A stretch of 62,861 bases of DNA, filler included. It is 5 parts of 5 records of this genome, joined end to end, with 100 filler letters (N's around TTAATTAATTAA, not from the genome) between each part and the next. Parts side by side here need not be neighbours in the genome. Positions count along the whole stretch, not along the records: positions 7,450 to 35,844 come from SRR22947727_1791; positions 35,945 to 41,548 come from SRR22947727_1794; positions 41,649 to 54,251 come from SRR22947727_1797; 2 more parts are not named here. One strand, written 5' to 3'. This document shows positions 34,639 through 44,306 of the stretch, in pieces. The position numbers and the translations under genes are program-made. Position 1 is the stretch's first letter. The number at the start of each line of letters is the position of its first letter. The notes under the pieces were generated by a model that ran no database searches, was not told the origin of the DNA, and was given only the letters and a program-made list of their open reading frames with translations.

Positions 34639-35844
34639 TTAAAGCATCATTGTTATTGGTTTTTCAATGTATCTCTTAAAGTGTTGCAACCACTTTGCCC
34701 CCAAAGCTCCATCTATTACTCTATGATCACATGTTAAGGTTACTGTCATAATGGTTGCTAGGTCTAAAGCCCCTTCACGAACTATTGGTCTCTGATTACC
34801 TTCGCCTACGGACAGTATCATTCCATGCGGTTCATTTATTATTGAACCAAACTCTTTAATACCCATCATCCCAAGGTTAGATATTGAAAATGTTCCTCCT
34901 TGGTACTCAGTTGGTTTGAGCTTACGCTCTCTGGCTCGAGAGGCTAAGTCTTTCATTTCTGTAGAAATTTGTGATAAGCCTTTATTATCTGCTTGTCGAA
35001 TAATAGGAGTTATTAAACCGCTTTCGATTGAGACTGCAACTGCGATATCTGCATGTTTGTGTATTGCTATTCCATCCGGTGTATAGCTAGCGTTAGCTTC
35101 TGGGCAGTGTTTTAATGAAAGCGCTGAAGCTCTTATGAGCATATCATTTACACTTATTTTAACAAACTCACCTGCTTGTTGGTTTAGCTCTTTTCTAAGT
35201 CTAAGTAATTCATCAATTTCACAATCAATTGTTAATGGAAAACTAGGTACATTTTGTGAAGAATCCAGTAGTCGTTTCGATATAACTTTTTGAATATTGT
35301 TTAGGGGCACTAGGTCATAGGATCCTGGTTCTATTCCTAATTTAGTCAAATGCTCAGCACCTCCATACCTTAGCGCTCCTATTTCTTTTGAGGCAGAGTT
35401 ATCACTAAAGACTTGTTGATTGGTTTGAGATGGAATAATATTTGACTCTAAGTCTTTTATATAGGCTTCAATATCTATTTTTATAACTCTGCCGTTAGGC
35501 CCAGAGCCAGAAATTTGACTTAAGTCTACATTTAAATTCTTTGCCAGACGACGAGCTAGGGGAGATGACTTTATTTTTTCTAATTTTCCAGAAGCTTTTT
35601 CTTTTTGAGTATCTATTTCATTAATGGTTGCTTCCATAGTTTTTTCTACAGATTTACTAATTGGGGCTTGGTTAGTTGAGTCTTTGTAATTATTTAGTGA
35701 ACTTATATCTTCACCATCTTCAAGTAATATTGCAATTGGCCGGTTGACCTTAACATTAGTACTCCCTTCAGGAAATAGTAGCTTTACTATAGTTCCTTCC
35801 TCTACCGCTTCAATTTCCATAGTTGCTTTATCTGTTTCAATTTC
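34639..35844 (-). CDS. pdhC: Pyruvate dehydrogenase E2 acetyltransferase (5' truncated)
   Basis: Frame continues to the contig end as [10 protein letters not shown] (lipoyl); SPLARR, DHRVIDG. Confidence 0.93.
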   Translation of the reverse strand, partial: EIETDKATMEIEAVEEGTIVKLLFPEGSTNVKVNRPIAILLEDGEDISSLNNYKDSTNQAPISKSVEKTMEATINEIDTQKEKASGKLEKIKSSPLARRLAKNLNVDLSQISGSGPNGRVIKIDIEAYIKDLESNIIPSQTNQQVFSDNSASKEIGALRYGGAEHLTKLGIEPGSYDLVPLNNIQKVISKRLLDSSQNVPSFPLTIDCEIDELLRLRKELNQQAGEFVKISVNDMLIRASALSLKHCPEANASYTPDGIAIHKHADIAVAVSIESGLITPIIRQADNKGLSQISTEMKDLASRARERKLKPTEYQGGTFSISNLGMMGIKEFGSIINEPHGMILSVGEGNQRPIVREGALDLATIMTVTLTCDHRVIDGALGAKWLQHFKRYIEKPITMML

Positions 35845-35944
35845 NNNNNNNNNNNNNNNNNNNNNNNNNNNNNNNNNNNNNNNNNNNNTTAATTAATTAA
35901 NNNNNNNNNNNNNNNNNNNNNNNNNNNNNNNNNNNNNNNNNNNN
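35845..35944. other. Artificial contig linker
   Basis: N44-TTAATTAATTAA-N44. Confidence 0.98.
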
Positions 35945-35945
35945 T

Positions 35946-36197
35946 TTTAAACAAATTTGTGATGAAAAAGATGACAAGAAATGTTTGGAATTAGGAAAAA
36001 GTTGGATAAATGCAATGGAAACAAATCTAACAAGTATGGAAAAAAATCTTAATGGAGCAGATAAACTTAAGCATAAGGATGATGTTCAAAGCAATCGAGA
36101 CCATTTAAATAGTTTGAAAAATAAAAGTCCCTTAGAATGGAGAGAGTACGCTACTCAATGTATGATTGAAATAATGAGTAATAAAGGACAACAATAA
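35946..36197 (+). CDS. Hypothetical protein (5' partial)
   Basis: Open frame from the contig edge (FKQICDEKDDKKCLELGKSW...). Confidence 0.65.
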   Translation, partial: FKQICDEKDDKKCLELGKSWINAMETNLTSMEKNLNGADKLKHKDDVQSNRDHLNSLKNKSPLEWREYATQCMIEIMSNKGQQ

Positions 36198-36286
36198 TGG
36201 GCAATCAGGAAAAAGTTTTTTTAATTATTTGCTGCTCTTTGATTGTCTATACCTTGTACTATTTAATGGAAAAATATTTTATTTAA
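36197..36286 (+). CDS. Putative 29-aa single-TM peptide
   Basis: TAATG coupling; MGNQEKVFLIICCSLIVYTLYYLMEKYFI. Confidence 0.45.
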   Translation: MGNQEKVFLIICCSLIVYTLYYLMEKYFI

Positions 36287-36293
36287 ATAAGTT

Positions 36294-36956
36294 TTAAACA
36301 AAACACTGCCAAAATTTTTTCTCAAGTATTGTTGATTTTTTAAAATTTTTTATTATTTTATTTGTATTTATATTTTTATTTTTTTTAAAAAGAGTATCTA
36401 GATAATTAATATTTTCTTTAGCTACTTGTTGATATTCTTTTGAGGAGTACATCTTAATCCATGATTTATATTTACTTTTTTTCCAATCTTTAACTTTTGA
36501 GAGGTTAAAACCAATTTCGCCATATCCAATAATGCATGGTGATAAACATGAAAAAATATCAAGATTGTTTCCATTTTTTCCTACATTTAATACGTGATCA
36601 GTGTATGCGCTGTTAGCTTTTTCAACTTTAATATTATTGAGTGATTTAAGGGGTATATTCCACTTTTTACAATAACTAACATGAAGTTTGATTTCATGAT
36701 CAATTCCCTTAATAAAGTTTACTGACCTATTGATTTCCTCAAATGAACTAGACTTATAAACACTTAAAGATAAAATTTTTAAAAATTGTTGTAAAAAAAT
36801 ATAATCTTGGACTAAATACTTTTTAAAGTTTTTGTCAGGCAGTTTATCATTTACTAAATCAGTTAAAAATTTATGATTAGTGTATTCTAACCATTCCTGC
36901 TTGCAGCTACTTTTTAATTTATAAAAAAGTGTTTTTTTATTATTATAAATATTCAC
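36294..36956 (-). CDS. tenA: Thiaminase II / TenA
   Basis: YLVQDYIFL, AYT, catalytic PC..GY, WI.MY, E..FW. Confidence 0.9.
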   Translation of the reverse strand: MNIYNNKKTLFYKLKSSCKQEWLEYTNHKFLTDLVNDKLPDKNFKKYLVQDYIFLQQFLKILSLSVYKSSSFEEINRSVNFIKGIDHEIKLHVSYCKKWNIPLKSLNNIKVEKANSAYTDHVLNVGKNGNNLDIFSCLSPCIIGYGEIGFNLSKVKDWKKSKYKSWIKMYSSKEYQQVAKENINYLDTLFKKNKNINTNKIIKNFKKSTILEKKFWQCFV

Positions 36957-38449
36957 TATTTTGCAATTACTGCCCTAATCTTAGAAAAATTAAATTTACT
37001 ATTTTTTTTAAAGATTAATAGGGTAATTATTGGTAAAAAAGTTGCTAAAACAAATGACCAAAATAGTAGTGCTGTAGATATCCATACTGGAAAAGCTTCG
37101 ACTGGAAATATTCCACCAATTAAAATGCTTTTATCAAATGTTTGATTTGGAAATAAAAGTAATCCAGATACCAAACCTATTATAACAGAAATTAAAGATA
37201 TTTTTTCATTAACATCACTTTTAAACATTCCATAAAAAATGGGAAATACTGCAGCACAACATAGTAAATCAGCAAATAGAAACATAAATAATACGCTATA
37301 TCCTTTGGATGCTATTAAAAAAACTATTATAGAAAGTACACATATTAAATATTTTGAAAGAGTAAGATAACTATTCTTATTCTTTAAATTAATAAATTTA
37401 TTTCCTTCAATAGTTATAGTGCTAGAGAGAGCATTAATGAGTGTATCCATACTGCTTATCACTAAGGCTAAGACCAAAACTAATATTGAAATAGTTAGTA
37501 AAGAATTTATTCCTGAAAATGGTTCTAGTAAAAGAGTAAAAAATAAAGTGCTGGGATCAGATGCTTTACCTACTGATACTGCCAGAATTCCAAAAAATCC
37601 CAAAACAAGCATAAATGGAATTACAATAAAAAATGCTGACATAAAACCTTTTCTTAAATCATCTGAGCTTTTAGCAGCAAACACTCTTTGCCAAATACCT
37701 TGATCAAATAAATTGGTTGCAAAAACAGCAATAAAAAAAGTTAATCCAGCTGTATAGCCATAAAAATATTTGCCACTCATTAATGTTCCAGCTTTTTCAT
37801 TAATTAAATCCACAGAGAAAGTGTTGTTTCCAGAATTAAAAATATGATTGATTGCAAAGATTAACAAAATCATAATTACGATAAATTGTATTTTATCTGT
37901 AAAAATTGAAGCTCTAAGTCCACCGTAGAGCGTATAAGAAAGAGTTGTAATGATTATTACAAGCGAGGTTTGCCAAAGTGGAAAACCAGACATCAAGTTA
38001 ACTACTTTTGCTATAGCTGTAACCTCAGCTGCAAAATAAACAAACATGTACATTATAGTAAGTAATAAAACTAAACGAAACATTGTTTTACCAAACCTTA
38101 TTAAAACAAATTGAGTTAGAGTATTGCCATTAGGCATAATTTTTCTCATTCTTTGACCAATTGTAATGAAAGCTAAAAAAGGAAGTGCTTGACCTAAACC
38201 ATAGCCAATTATAGCTCCCAGACCTCCCCAAGTTGCAGCTTCAGATGGACCAATTAAAATCCAAACTCCAAAACATGAAGCAATTAGTGATGCCGTTAAA
38301 GATCTTTTACCAATTGATCTATCTGCGTTTAAATAAGAGTTAATTGAAATACCGCCTTTTGAGTAAACTATTCCAATTATAGCAAAGGCTAGAGAGGTAA
38401 AAAGTAGAGTAATTATAGTTGTAGATTGATCTAAATATATAGTGTTCAT
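36956..38449 (-). CDS. thiV: Sodium:solute symporter, ThiV-type (thiamin pyrimidine precursor uptake)
   Basis: SSS motifs YTLYGGLRASIFTD and WQRVFAA; lies between a TPP riboswitch and tenA. Confidence 0.82.
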   Translation of the reverse strand: MNTIYLDQSTTIITLLFTSLAFAIIGIVYSKGGISINSYLNADRSIGKRSLTASLIASCFGVWILIGPSEAATWGGLGAIIGYGLGQALPFLAFITIGQRMRKIMPNGNTLTQFVLIRFGKTMFRLVLLLTIMYMFVYFAAEVTAIAKVVNLMSGFPLWQTSLVIIITTLSYTLYGGLRASIFTDKIQFIVIMILLIFAINHIFNSGNNTFSVDLINEKAGTLMSGKYFYGYTAGLTFFIAVFATNLFDQGIWQRVFAAKSSDDLRKGFMSAFFIVIPFMLVLGFFGILAVSVGKASDPSTLFFTLLLEPFSGINSLLTISILVLVLALVISSMDTLINALSSTITIEGNKFINLKNKNSYLTLSKYLICVLSIIVFLIASKGYSVLFMFLFADLLCCAAVFPIFYGMFKSDVNEKISLISVIIGLVSGLLLFPNQTFDKSILIGGIFPVEAFPVWISTALLFWSFVLATFLPIITLLIFKKNSKFNFSKIRAVIAK

Positions 38450-38451
38450 TT

Positions 38452-38520
38452 TTTCCCTTCGTTGTGATTATACAACAGGTTCTTTGGGTATATTCTCAGC
38501 TTTTTATAGCACCCCAGAAA
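38452..38520 (-). ncRNA. TPP riboswitch (compact)
   Basis: Minus strand GGGGTGC...GCTGAGA..TACCC..GAACCTG..ATAAT..CGAAGGGAA, ending a few nt before the thiV ATG. Confidence 0.9.
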
Positions 38521-38550
38521 CTGATATTTTTATAAATAAAAATATATCTA

Positions 38551-38579
38551 CCTTTAAATCAGTCACTTTTTCATGTCAA
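38551..38579 (-). promoter_or_regulatory. Putative sigma70 promoter for thiV-tenA
   Basis: TTGACA-17 nt-TAAAGG upstream of the riboswitch; the -10 box is imperfect. Confidence 0.45.
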
Positions 38580-38609
38580 CTTTTTTGGATACTTTAAATC
38601 AGTTAAAAT

Positions 38610-38978
38610 TTATAGAGCTTTTATTTGAGAGTAAATTTTTTCTTTATCAGTCTGGCCTATTGTTCTCGATATTTCTTTGTTATCTTTATAAACTAAAATT
38701 GTTGTCCAGTAATCAACACTTAGGAATTTAGCAATATCTATATCTTTTGTTTGTTCAAAGCTTAGAAAAAGAACATTCTCAAAATCTTTTTTTGCTTGAT
38801 CTAAAATCTGCACTTGTTTTGCACAAGTAACACAAGTTTTGTTCCATGAATTAATTACTACAGTTTTTCCTTCAGATTGAGCTTTTTGAAAAATTTCATT
38901 TGTGAAAGTTGTTGTTTCTGCAAGAGCAAAACAGTCTAAATTTAATAAGATAAATAATAAAACTAGTATTTTTTTCAT
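38610..38978 (-). CDS. Exported thioredoxin-family protein
   Basis: Signal peptide, W...CVTC motif. Confidence 0.8.
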   Translation of the reverse strand: MKKILVLLFILLNLDCFALAETTTFTNEIFQKAQSEGKTVVINSWNKTCVTCAKQVQILDQAKKDFENVLFLSFEQTKDIDIAKFLSVDYWTTILVYKDNKEISRTIGQTDKEKIYSQIKAL

Positions 38979-39031
38979 ATTCTAATTTTATATATGATTT
39001 TATTTAAACTGTAATTTTTTTAATTTAAAAT

Positions 39032-39187
39032 TAAGGGTTCGCTCTTTAAGATAATAACCTAAAGAGCTCCCTTATATTGCCTCTTTGGCATTTAAATCCA
39101 AATGGATTTCATTGTTTTTACGTCTTTGAAAAGTGATAACGCCCAGTTATGTATCAGGTGGTGATAGATTTAACATAATAACCTCCT
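39032..39187 (-). other. Candidate small RNA / leader with a 9-aa mini-ORF (39147-39176) and four hairpins
   Basis: AGGAGG SD then MLNLSPPDT*; hairpins at 39136-39150, 39094-39109, 39078-39090, 39032-39074. Confidence 0.45.
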
Positions 39188-39313
39188 TGTTAATAAAGAT
39201 AATTATTAATAAATAAATTTCAATTTATTTATTTTAATTTTATGCAAATATACTTCTTGAATACAACCTACCTCTTTAGTAGATTCCCGATATCTCATTT
39301 ATCTTCTCTAAAA

Positions 39314-40171
39314 TTATTTTTTATTTATTAATTCGCTAATAAAATTTTCTCCATAACCATCATCGACAGCTTTTTGAAAGTAATTTTTATTTATTTCTGC
39401 TACCTTTTCAGCTTCTGGAAAATCTTTTAAAAGATCTTGGATATAGGTTAAATCTTTTACTGAGTTAGTGGCTGTAAATTTAAAACCAGTGAAATCATTT
39501 TTTAGTAAATTATCAAAAACTCTGTTCAATGCTGCTGAATTACCTGACCCAAGTTTTGCAACATCATAAAATTTTTTTAAATCTAGACCTAATTTTGTAG
39601 CTGATTTAGCTGCATGATTAATTAAAGCAGCATTTCCTAATGTTAAAAAATTATTTAAAAGTTTAGATTTTGCACCCATGCCAACTATTCCAAAATGAAA
39701 ATAATCTTTGCAGAACATCTTTAGATAAGGCTCTGCTAACTTAAAATTATCTTCAGATCCACCAACTATTCCACCCAAAACTCCTTCTTCTGCTTGCACT
39801 GGACCACCCATTACAGGACACTCTATGTAATTTATATTATTTGATTTGTAGATTTCTTCAGTTTCAATTGAGCCAGTTTTACTATGTGTAGTGATATCTA
39901 TAACAATAGTTTTAGAATCTATTATTTTTATCATTTTTTCAGATATAGATTTTGCTATAGGTGTATTAGTGACACACATAAACAATGCATCTAATTTTTT
40001 ATTTGAAAATTCTTCTATAGCCTCTATTTCCTCAGCACCATCATTTACAATTTTATCAATAGGCTCTCTATTCTTATTGGCAACAACATAAAGTTTATGG
40101 TTATTTCTTAAAACATTTTTAGCAATGCCATAACCCATATAACCAACACCAATAAAACCAATATTTTTCAT
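39314..40171 (-). CDS. NAD(P)-dependent beta-hydroxyacid dehydrogenase (3-hydroxyisobutyrate DH family)
   Basis: GFIGVGYMG, PVMGG...A..G.L, KLLNN. Confidence 0.87.
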   Translation of the reverse strand: MKNIGFIGVGYMGYGIAKNVLRNNHKLYVVANKNREPIDKIVNDGAEEIEAIEEFSNKKLDALFMCVTNTPIAKSISEKMIKIIDSKTIVIDITTHSKTGSIETEEIYKSNNINYIECPVMGGPVQAEEGVLGGIVGGSEDNFKLAEPYLKMFCKDYFHFGIVGMGAKSKLLNNFLTLGNAALINHAAKSATKLGLDLKKFYDVAKLGSGNSAALNRVFDNLLKNDFTGFKFTATNSVKDLTYIQDLLKDFPEAEKVAEINKNYFQKAVDDGYGENFISELINKK

Positions 40172-40227
40172 AATCTCCCCATCTAATTAACGTTTACTTA
40201 ATAAATTAATCTGTATAATGTTTAAAT

Positions 40228-40407
40228 ATGAATTATGTAGACGCATTAATCAAACTTTTAATCAGCTTGGTTATTTCTACGGTAATCATTTATTCAATAA
40301 ATATTGTTGCTGGATTTGGAGGTGCAGATTACTCCTTTTCTCATGGAGACACATTTATAATTTGGATATTAATGGCTATTTTAGTTAATAACTGTTTAAA
40401 AAAATAA
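40228..40407 (+). CDS. Putative 59-aa two-TM protein (below ORF-track cutoff)
   Basis: MNYVDALIKLLISLVISTVIIYSINIVAGFGGADYSFSHGDTFIIWILMAILVNNCLKK fills the intergenic gap. Confidence 0.6.
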   Translation: MNYVDALIKLLISLVISTVIIYSINIVAGFGGADYSFSHGDTFIIWILMAILVNNCLKK

Positions 40408-40408
40408 A

Positions 40409-41296
40409 TTAATTTTTTAATTTAATTTTCTTTTTAGAGCCTTCGGTTCTTATAAACATAATTCCAAAAATAATAATCCCAATTACACCTACAATCTTAT
40501 TTATATCAAATGGTACACCAAATATTAGAAAATTAATTACTGTTGACCATAATAACTGTGAATATTGAAAATTTGTTACGAATGATAGGTTTGAAAGTTG
40601 AATAGCATAGATAATTACAAAATGGCTTATGAAACCAAAAATTCCCATCATAATTAAACCAAACCATAGATATTTATTTTCAATTGTTACCCAGTTAAAA
40701 GAAATATAAATTGTAAATATTAAAGCACCTAATATTGCTGTGTAGAATGCCGCAGTAAATGGTTCATTATTTCCAGAAATAAGTTTGGTAAAAAATTGAT
40801 AGAGTGCCCAGCATAGGGGTGGAATTATTGGAAATATCAATTCAGGTGATAAAACTTTCATGCTTGGTCCCAATGAATAAATTATAGAACCAAAGCTTAA
40901 AAGCATTAAAAGTATTCCTTTTGGAGACAGAATATCTTTTAAAAAATATGCAGATAATATTGATACTATTAAGGGTGCGCTAAAAAATACAACATAAATA
41001 TCTACCAAATCAAACCTTTGAAGCGAATTGAACATAAAGAAGGTGGCACTGACCATTAAAATTGATCTAATAATCTGTATTTTAAAATTTTTTTTTAAGT
41101 TTAGTTTGGGTCTAAATGCTAAGAAATATAAACATAACGCCATAAAATGAAAAAAAAATCTACCCCAAACAACTTGAGTTACAGGCATAATACTTCCTAA
41201 ATATTTTGCTGTGGAGTCCATACAAACAAACATAAAAAAACCAATTGCAGATAAAAATATAACTTTAATTAATGGATTTTTTTGGCTTCGAGACAT
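40409..41296 (-). CDS. DMT/EamA family transporter
   Basis: About 10 TM segments, MDSTAKYL, WGRF, FQYSQL. Confidence 0.85.
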   Translation of the reverse strand: MSRSQKNPLIKVIFLSAIGFFMFVCMDSTAKYLGSIMPVTQVVWGRFFFHFMALCLYFLAFRPKLNLKKNFKIQIIRSILMVSATFFMFNSLQRFDLVDIYVVFFSAPLIVSILSAYFLKDILSPKGILLMLLSFGSIIYSLGPSMKVLSPELIFPIIPPLCWALYQFFTKLISGNNEPFTAAFYTAILGALIFTIYISFNWVTIENKYLWFGLIMMGIFGFISHFVIIYAIQLSNLSFVTNFQYSQLLWSTVINFLIFGVPFDINKIVGVIGIIIFGIMFIRTEGSKKKIKLKN

Positions 41297-41355
41297 TGAT
41301 TTGATTATTTTGATTTATTAGTTAGAGGAACATATTACTTAGTTGTTGTATCACA

Positions 41356-41548
41356 CTACATTACAACACCCACTTGCCAAGGGTTAAATTCTTCATCCCC
41401 ATAGCCATTAATTTCACTTTTAGATTTATTCCCAGAAGCAGTATTAACAACTAATTCAAATATTTTTTGACCCACATCTTCAATTTTTTCATTTCCATCT
41501 GCTATAGTTCCGCAGTTTATATCCATATCTTCAGACATTTTTTCATAC
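41356..41548 (-). CDS. 3' end of a UxaA-family (altronate/galactarate/sulfolactate) dehydratase
   Basis: M.EDMDINCG.I, ASG.KSKSE..GYGD.EF.PW. Confidence 0.85.
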
Positions 41549-41648
41549 NNNNNNNNNNNNNNNNNNNNNNNNNNNNNNNNNNNNNNNNNNNNTTAATTAA
41601 TTAANNNNNNNNNNNNNNNNNNNNNNNNNNNNNNNNNNNNNNNNNNNN
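41549..41648. other. Artificial contig linker
   Basis: N44-TTAATTAATTAA-N44. Confidence 0.98.
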
Positions 41649-42068
41649 TGGTGCCTTTTCTTCTTTAGCTTCTTTTTTGACTACTGGTGCCTTTTCTTCA
41701 GAATGAGATACCTCTTTATTTTGATTTTCTCCAAGAAGTGACTTAGATTTTTCTTCACCCATCATTGGAGACTCTGAGGTAACTGCTGTTTTTTTGGAAA
41801 CTACAAGATGCCTAATAACAGCATCGTTAAACTTAAAGTTATGTTCCAACTCTGCCAAAGATTCTAAAGAACACTCAATATTCATAAGAACATAATGTGC
41901 TTTATGTATTTTTTGAATTGGATAAGCAAGTTGTCTTCTTCCCCAATCTTCCAAGCGATGAATGTTGCCTTTATTGGTTGAAACAGACTTTTGAATTCTT
42001 TCGATCATTGAAGGTACTTGCTCACTTTGATCAGGATGAACAATAAAAACGATTTCGTAATGTCGCAT
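41649..42068 (-). CDS. rpsF: 30S ribosomal protein S6 (3' truncated)
   Basis: [30 protein letters not shown]. Confidence 0.97.
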
Positions 42069-42071
42069 AAA

Positions 42072-42117
42072 CTCTCCTTATGGCTTATAGCTTCCAACTA
42101 ATGTTGTGAAGCAAGGA
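42072..42117 (-). promoter_or_regulatory. S6:S18 ribosomal protein leader
   Basis: TCCTT-GCTTC-(A)CAAC-ATTA-GTTG-GAAGC-TATAAGCCAT-AAGGA hairpin sequestering the rpsF SD, with CC just 5' of the SD. Confidence 0.7.
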
Positions 42118-42169
42118 TTAAAGATTGATAATTATATTGACTTAAATGTTTTAAATCAATGTTTTTAAG

Positions 42170-44206
42170 TTAATTAATTTTATCTTTAATGTTGGCACCA
42201 TAAATTTTTTCTTTCAAAAATTTTATTAAATCACGCGTATTTGCAGCTTTTTCAAACTCAAGATTTCTGGCTGACGACTGCATGACTTTTTCAAGCTTTC
42301 CTATCTCTTTTATTATTTGTGGCTCAGTAAAATCTTCATACTTTCGATTTGACTTTGATTGGGCTTTTTGCCTTTTAAACTCTTCTTCATCCTGAACGCT
42401 TTCGATAATATCCTTTACTTTTTTCAAGATACCAACGGGAGTAATATTATTATCCTTGTTAAATTTAAGTTGTTTTTTTCTTCTTCTCCCTGTCTCATCA
42501 ATTGCAGCCTGCATACTTCTTGTGGTTCTATTAGCATAAAAGATAACCTTTCCATTTAAATTTCTCGCAGCCCTACCTGCAGTCTGAATAAGAGATCTTT
42601 CCGACCTCAAAAATCCTTCCTTATCGGCATCCAATACAGCAACAAGTGATACCTCAGGTATATCAAGACCCTCTCTCAATAGATTAATACCTACCACCAC
42701 ATCAAATTTACCTAGTCTTAAGTCTCTTATAATCTCTACCCTCTCAACAGTGTCTATTTCAGAATGAAGGTACCTTACCTTTATTGAATGTTCAGTTAAA
42801 TAGTCTGTAAGATCCTCAGCCATCCTCTTTGTCAGGGTTGTAATGAGGACTCTTTCATTTATCTCAACCCTAATTTTAATTTCACTCAGCACATCATCTA
42901 CTTGTGAATTAGCTGGTTTTATCTCTATCTCAGGGTCTATTAACCCAGTTGGTCTAGCAACCTGTTCAACAATAATTTTTGAATGCTTTTCCTCGTAATC
43001 AGCAGGCGTTGCAGATACAAAAATACATTGAGGCATAATTGCTTCAAATTCATGAAATTTTAAGGGTCGATTGTCATGTGCTGATGGTAATCTAAAACCA
43101 TAATCAACTAAATTATTTTTTCTAGCACGATCTCCTTTTGACATACCACCAATTTGAGGAACCGTAACATGACTCTCGTCTATAATCATTAATGCATTAT
43201 TAGGAAGATAATTTAGTAAGGTAGGGGCAGGCTCTCCTGCCTTTCGACCTGATAAATGCCTTGAGTAATTTTCAATTCCCTTGCAAAAACCAATTTCATT
43301 TAGCATTTCTAAATCAAATTTTGTTCTCTGCTCTATTCGTTGAGCCTCTAAAAGCTTTCCTTGAGATATATACTCTTTTACCCTTTCTACCAATTCTTCT
43401 TTAATCCGCTCAATAGCCTTAAGCGTTGTTTCTCGCGGGGTAACGTAGTGACTTGAGGGATATATTGTGAATCTATTAAGCTTATCAAATAGTTGCCCAG
43501 TTAAAGGGTCAAAGGCAGTTATAGATTCAATAACGTCATCAAACAATGTAACTCTGATTGCTGTCTCAGAATTTTCAGCAGGAAATATATCTATTACATC
43601 ACCCCTAACCCTAAAACAACCTCTAGAAAAATCAAAATCATTTCTATCATATTGCATTGATACCAACCGCAAAATTATATTTCTTTGAAGAATTTTTTCA
43701 TCTTTTTGAATATGAAGGACCATTCCATGATAATCAACAGGATCACCAATGCCATAAATTGCTGATACTGTAGCAACAATAATTGAGTCATCTCTTTCAA
43801 GTAAAGATTTAGTTGCTGATAGTCGCATTTGTTCTATATGATCATTAATACTTGAATCTTTTTCTATAAATACATCTCTTCCAGGAACATAAGCTTCAGG
43901 CTGATAGTAGTCATAATAAGATACAAAGTATTCAACAGCATTATTTGGGAAAAAATCTCTAAACTCTGAATAAAGTTGTGCGGCTAGTGTTTTGTTGGGT
44001 GCCATTACTATAGAGGGTCGTCCTGTTTGAGCAATAACATTAGCAATGGTAAATGTTTTACCAGAGCCTGTTACCCCTAACAAAGTTTGAAATTTCTCAT
44101 TTTTATTAATGCCATCCACTAACTTTTTGATTGCATTAGGTTGATCACCAGCTGGTTTAAAAGGCTGATTAAGAACAAACGGACTGTTAGGAAAGGTTAA
44201 ATTCAA
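42170..44206 (-). CDS. uvrB: Excinuclease ABC subunit B
   Basis: [23 protein letters not shown]-terminal UVR domain. Confidence 0.97.
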   Translation of the reverse strand: MNLTFPNSPFVLNQPFKPAGDQPNAIKKLVDGINKNEKFQTLLGVTGSGKTFTIANVIAQTGRPSIVMAPNKTLAAQLYSEFRDFFPNNAVEYFVSYYDYYQPEAYVPGRDVFIEKDSSINDHIEQMRLSATKSLLERDDSIIVATVSAIYGIGDPVDYHGMVLHIQKDEKILQRNIILRLVSMQYDRNDFDFSRGCFRVRGDVIDIFPAENSETAIRVTLFDDVIESITAFDPLTGQLFDKLNRFTIYPSSHYVTPRETTLKAIERIKEELVERVKEYISQGKLLEAQRIEQRTKFDLEMLNEIGFCKGIENYSRHLSGRKAGEPAPTLLNYLPNNALMIIDESHVTVPQIGGMSKGDRARKNNLVDYGFRLPSAHDNRPLKFHEFEAIMPQCIFVSATPADYEEKHSKIIVEQVARPTGLIDPEIEIKPANSQVDDVLSEIKIRVEINERVLITTLTKRMAEDLTDYLTEHSIKVRYLHSEIDTVERVEIIRDLRLGKFDVVVGINLLREGLDIPEVSLVAVLDADKEGFLRSERSLIQTAGRAARNLNGKVIFYANRTTRSMQAAIDETGRRRKKQLKFNKDNNITPVGILKKVKDIIESVQDEEEFKRQKAQSKSNRKYEDFTEPQIIKEIGKLEKVMQSSARNLEFEKAANTRDLIKFLKEKIYGANIKDKIN

Positions 44207-44306
44207 ACTATCACTTTTTTTAAAAAATTAATTTAGCTGGTATGAGAACTTTAATAAATAGATCCAGTCTTTTAAAGTAGTATTTAATTAACAGGAAAAT
44301 TTTAAA

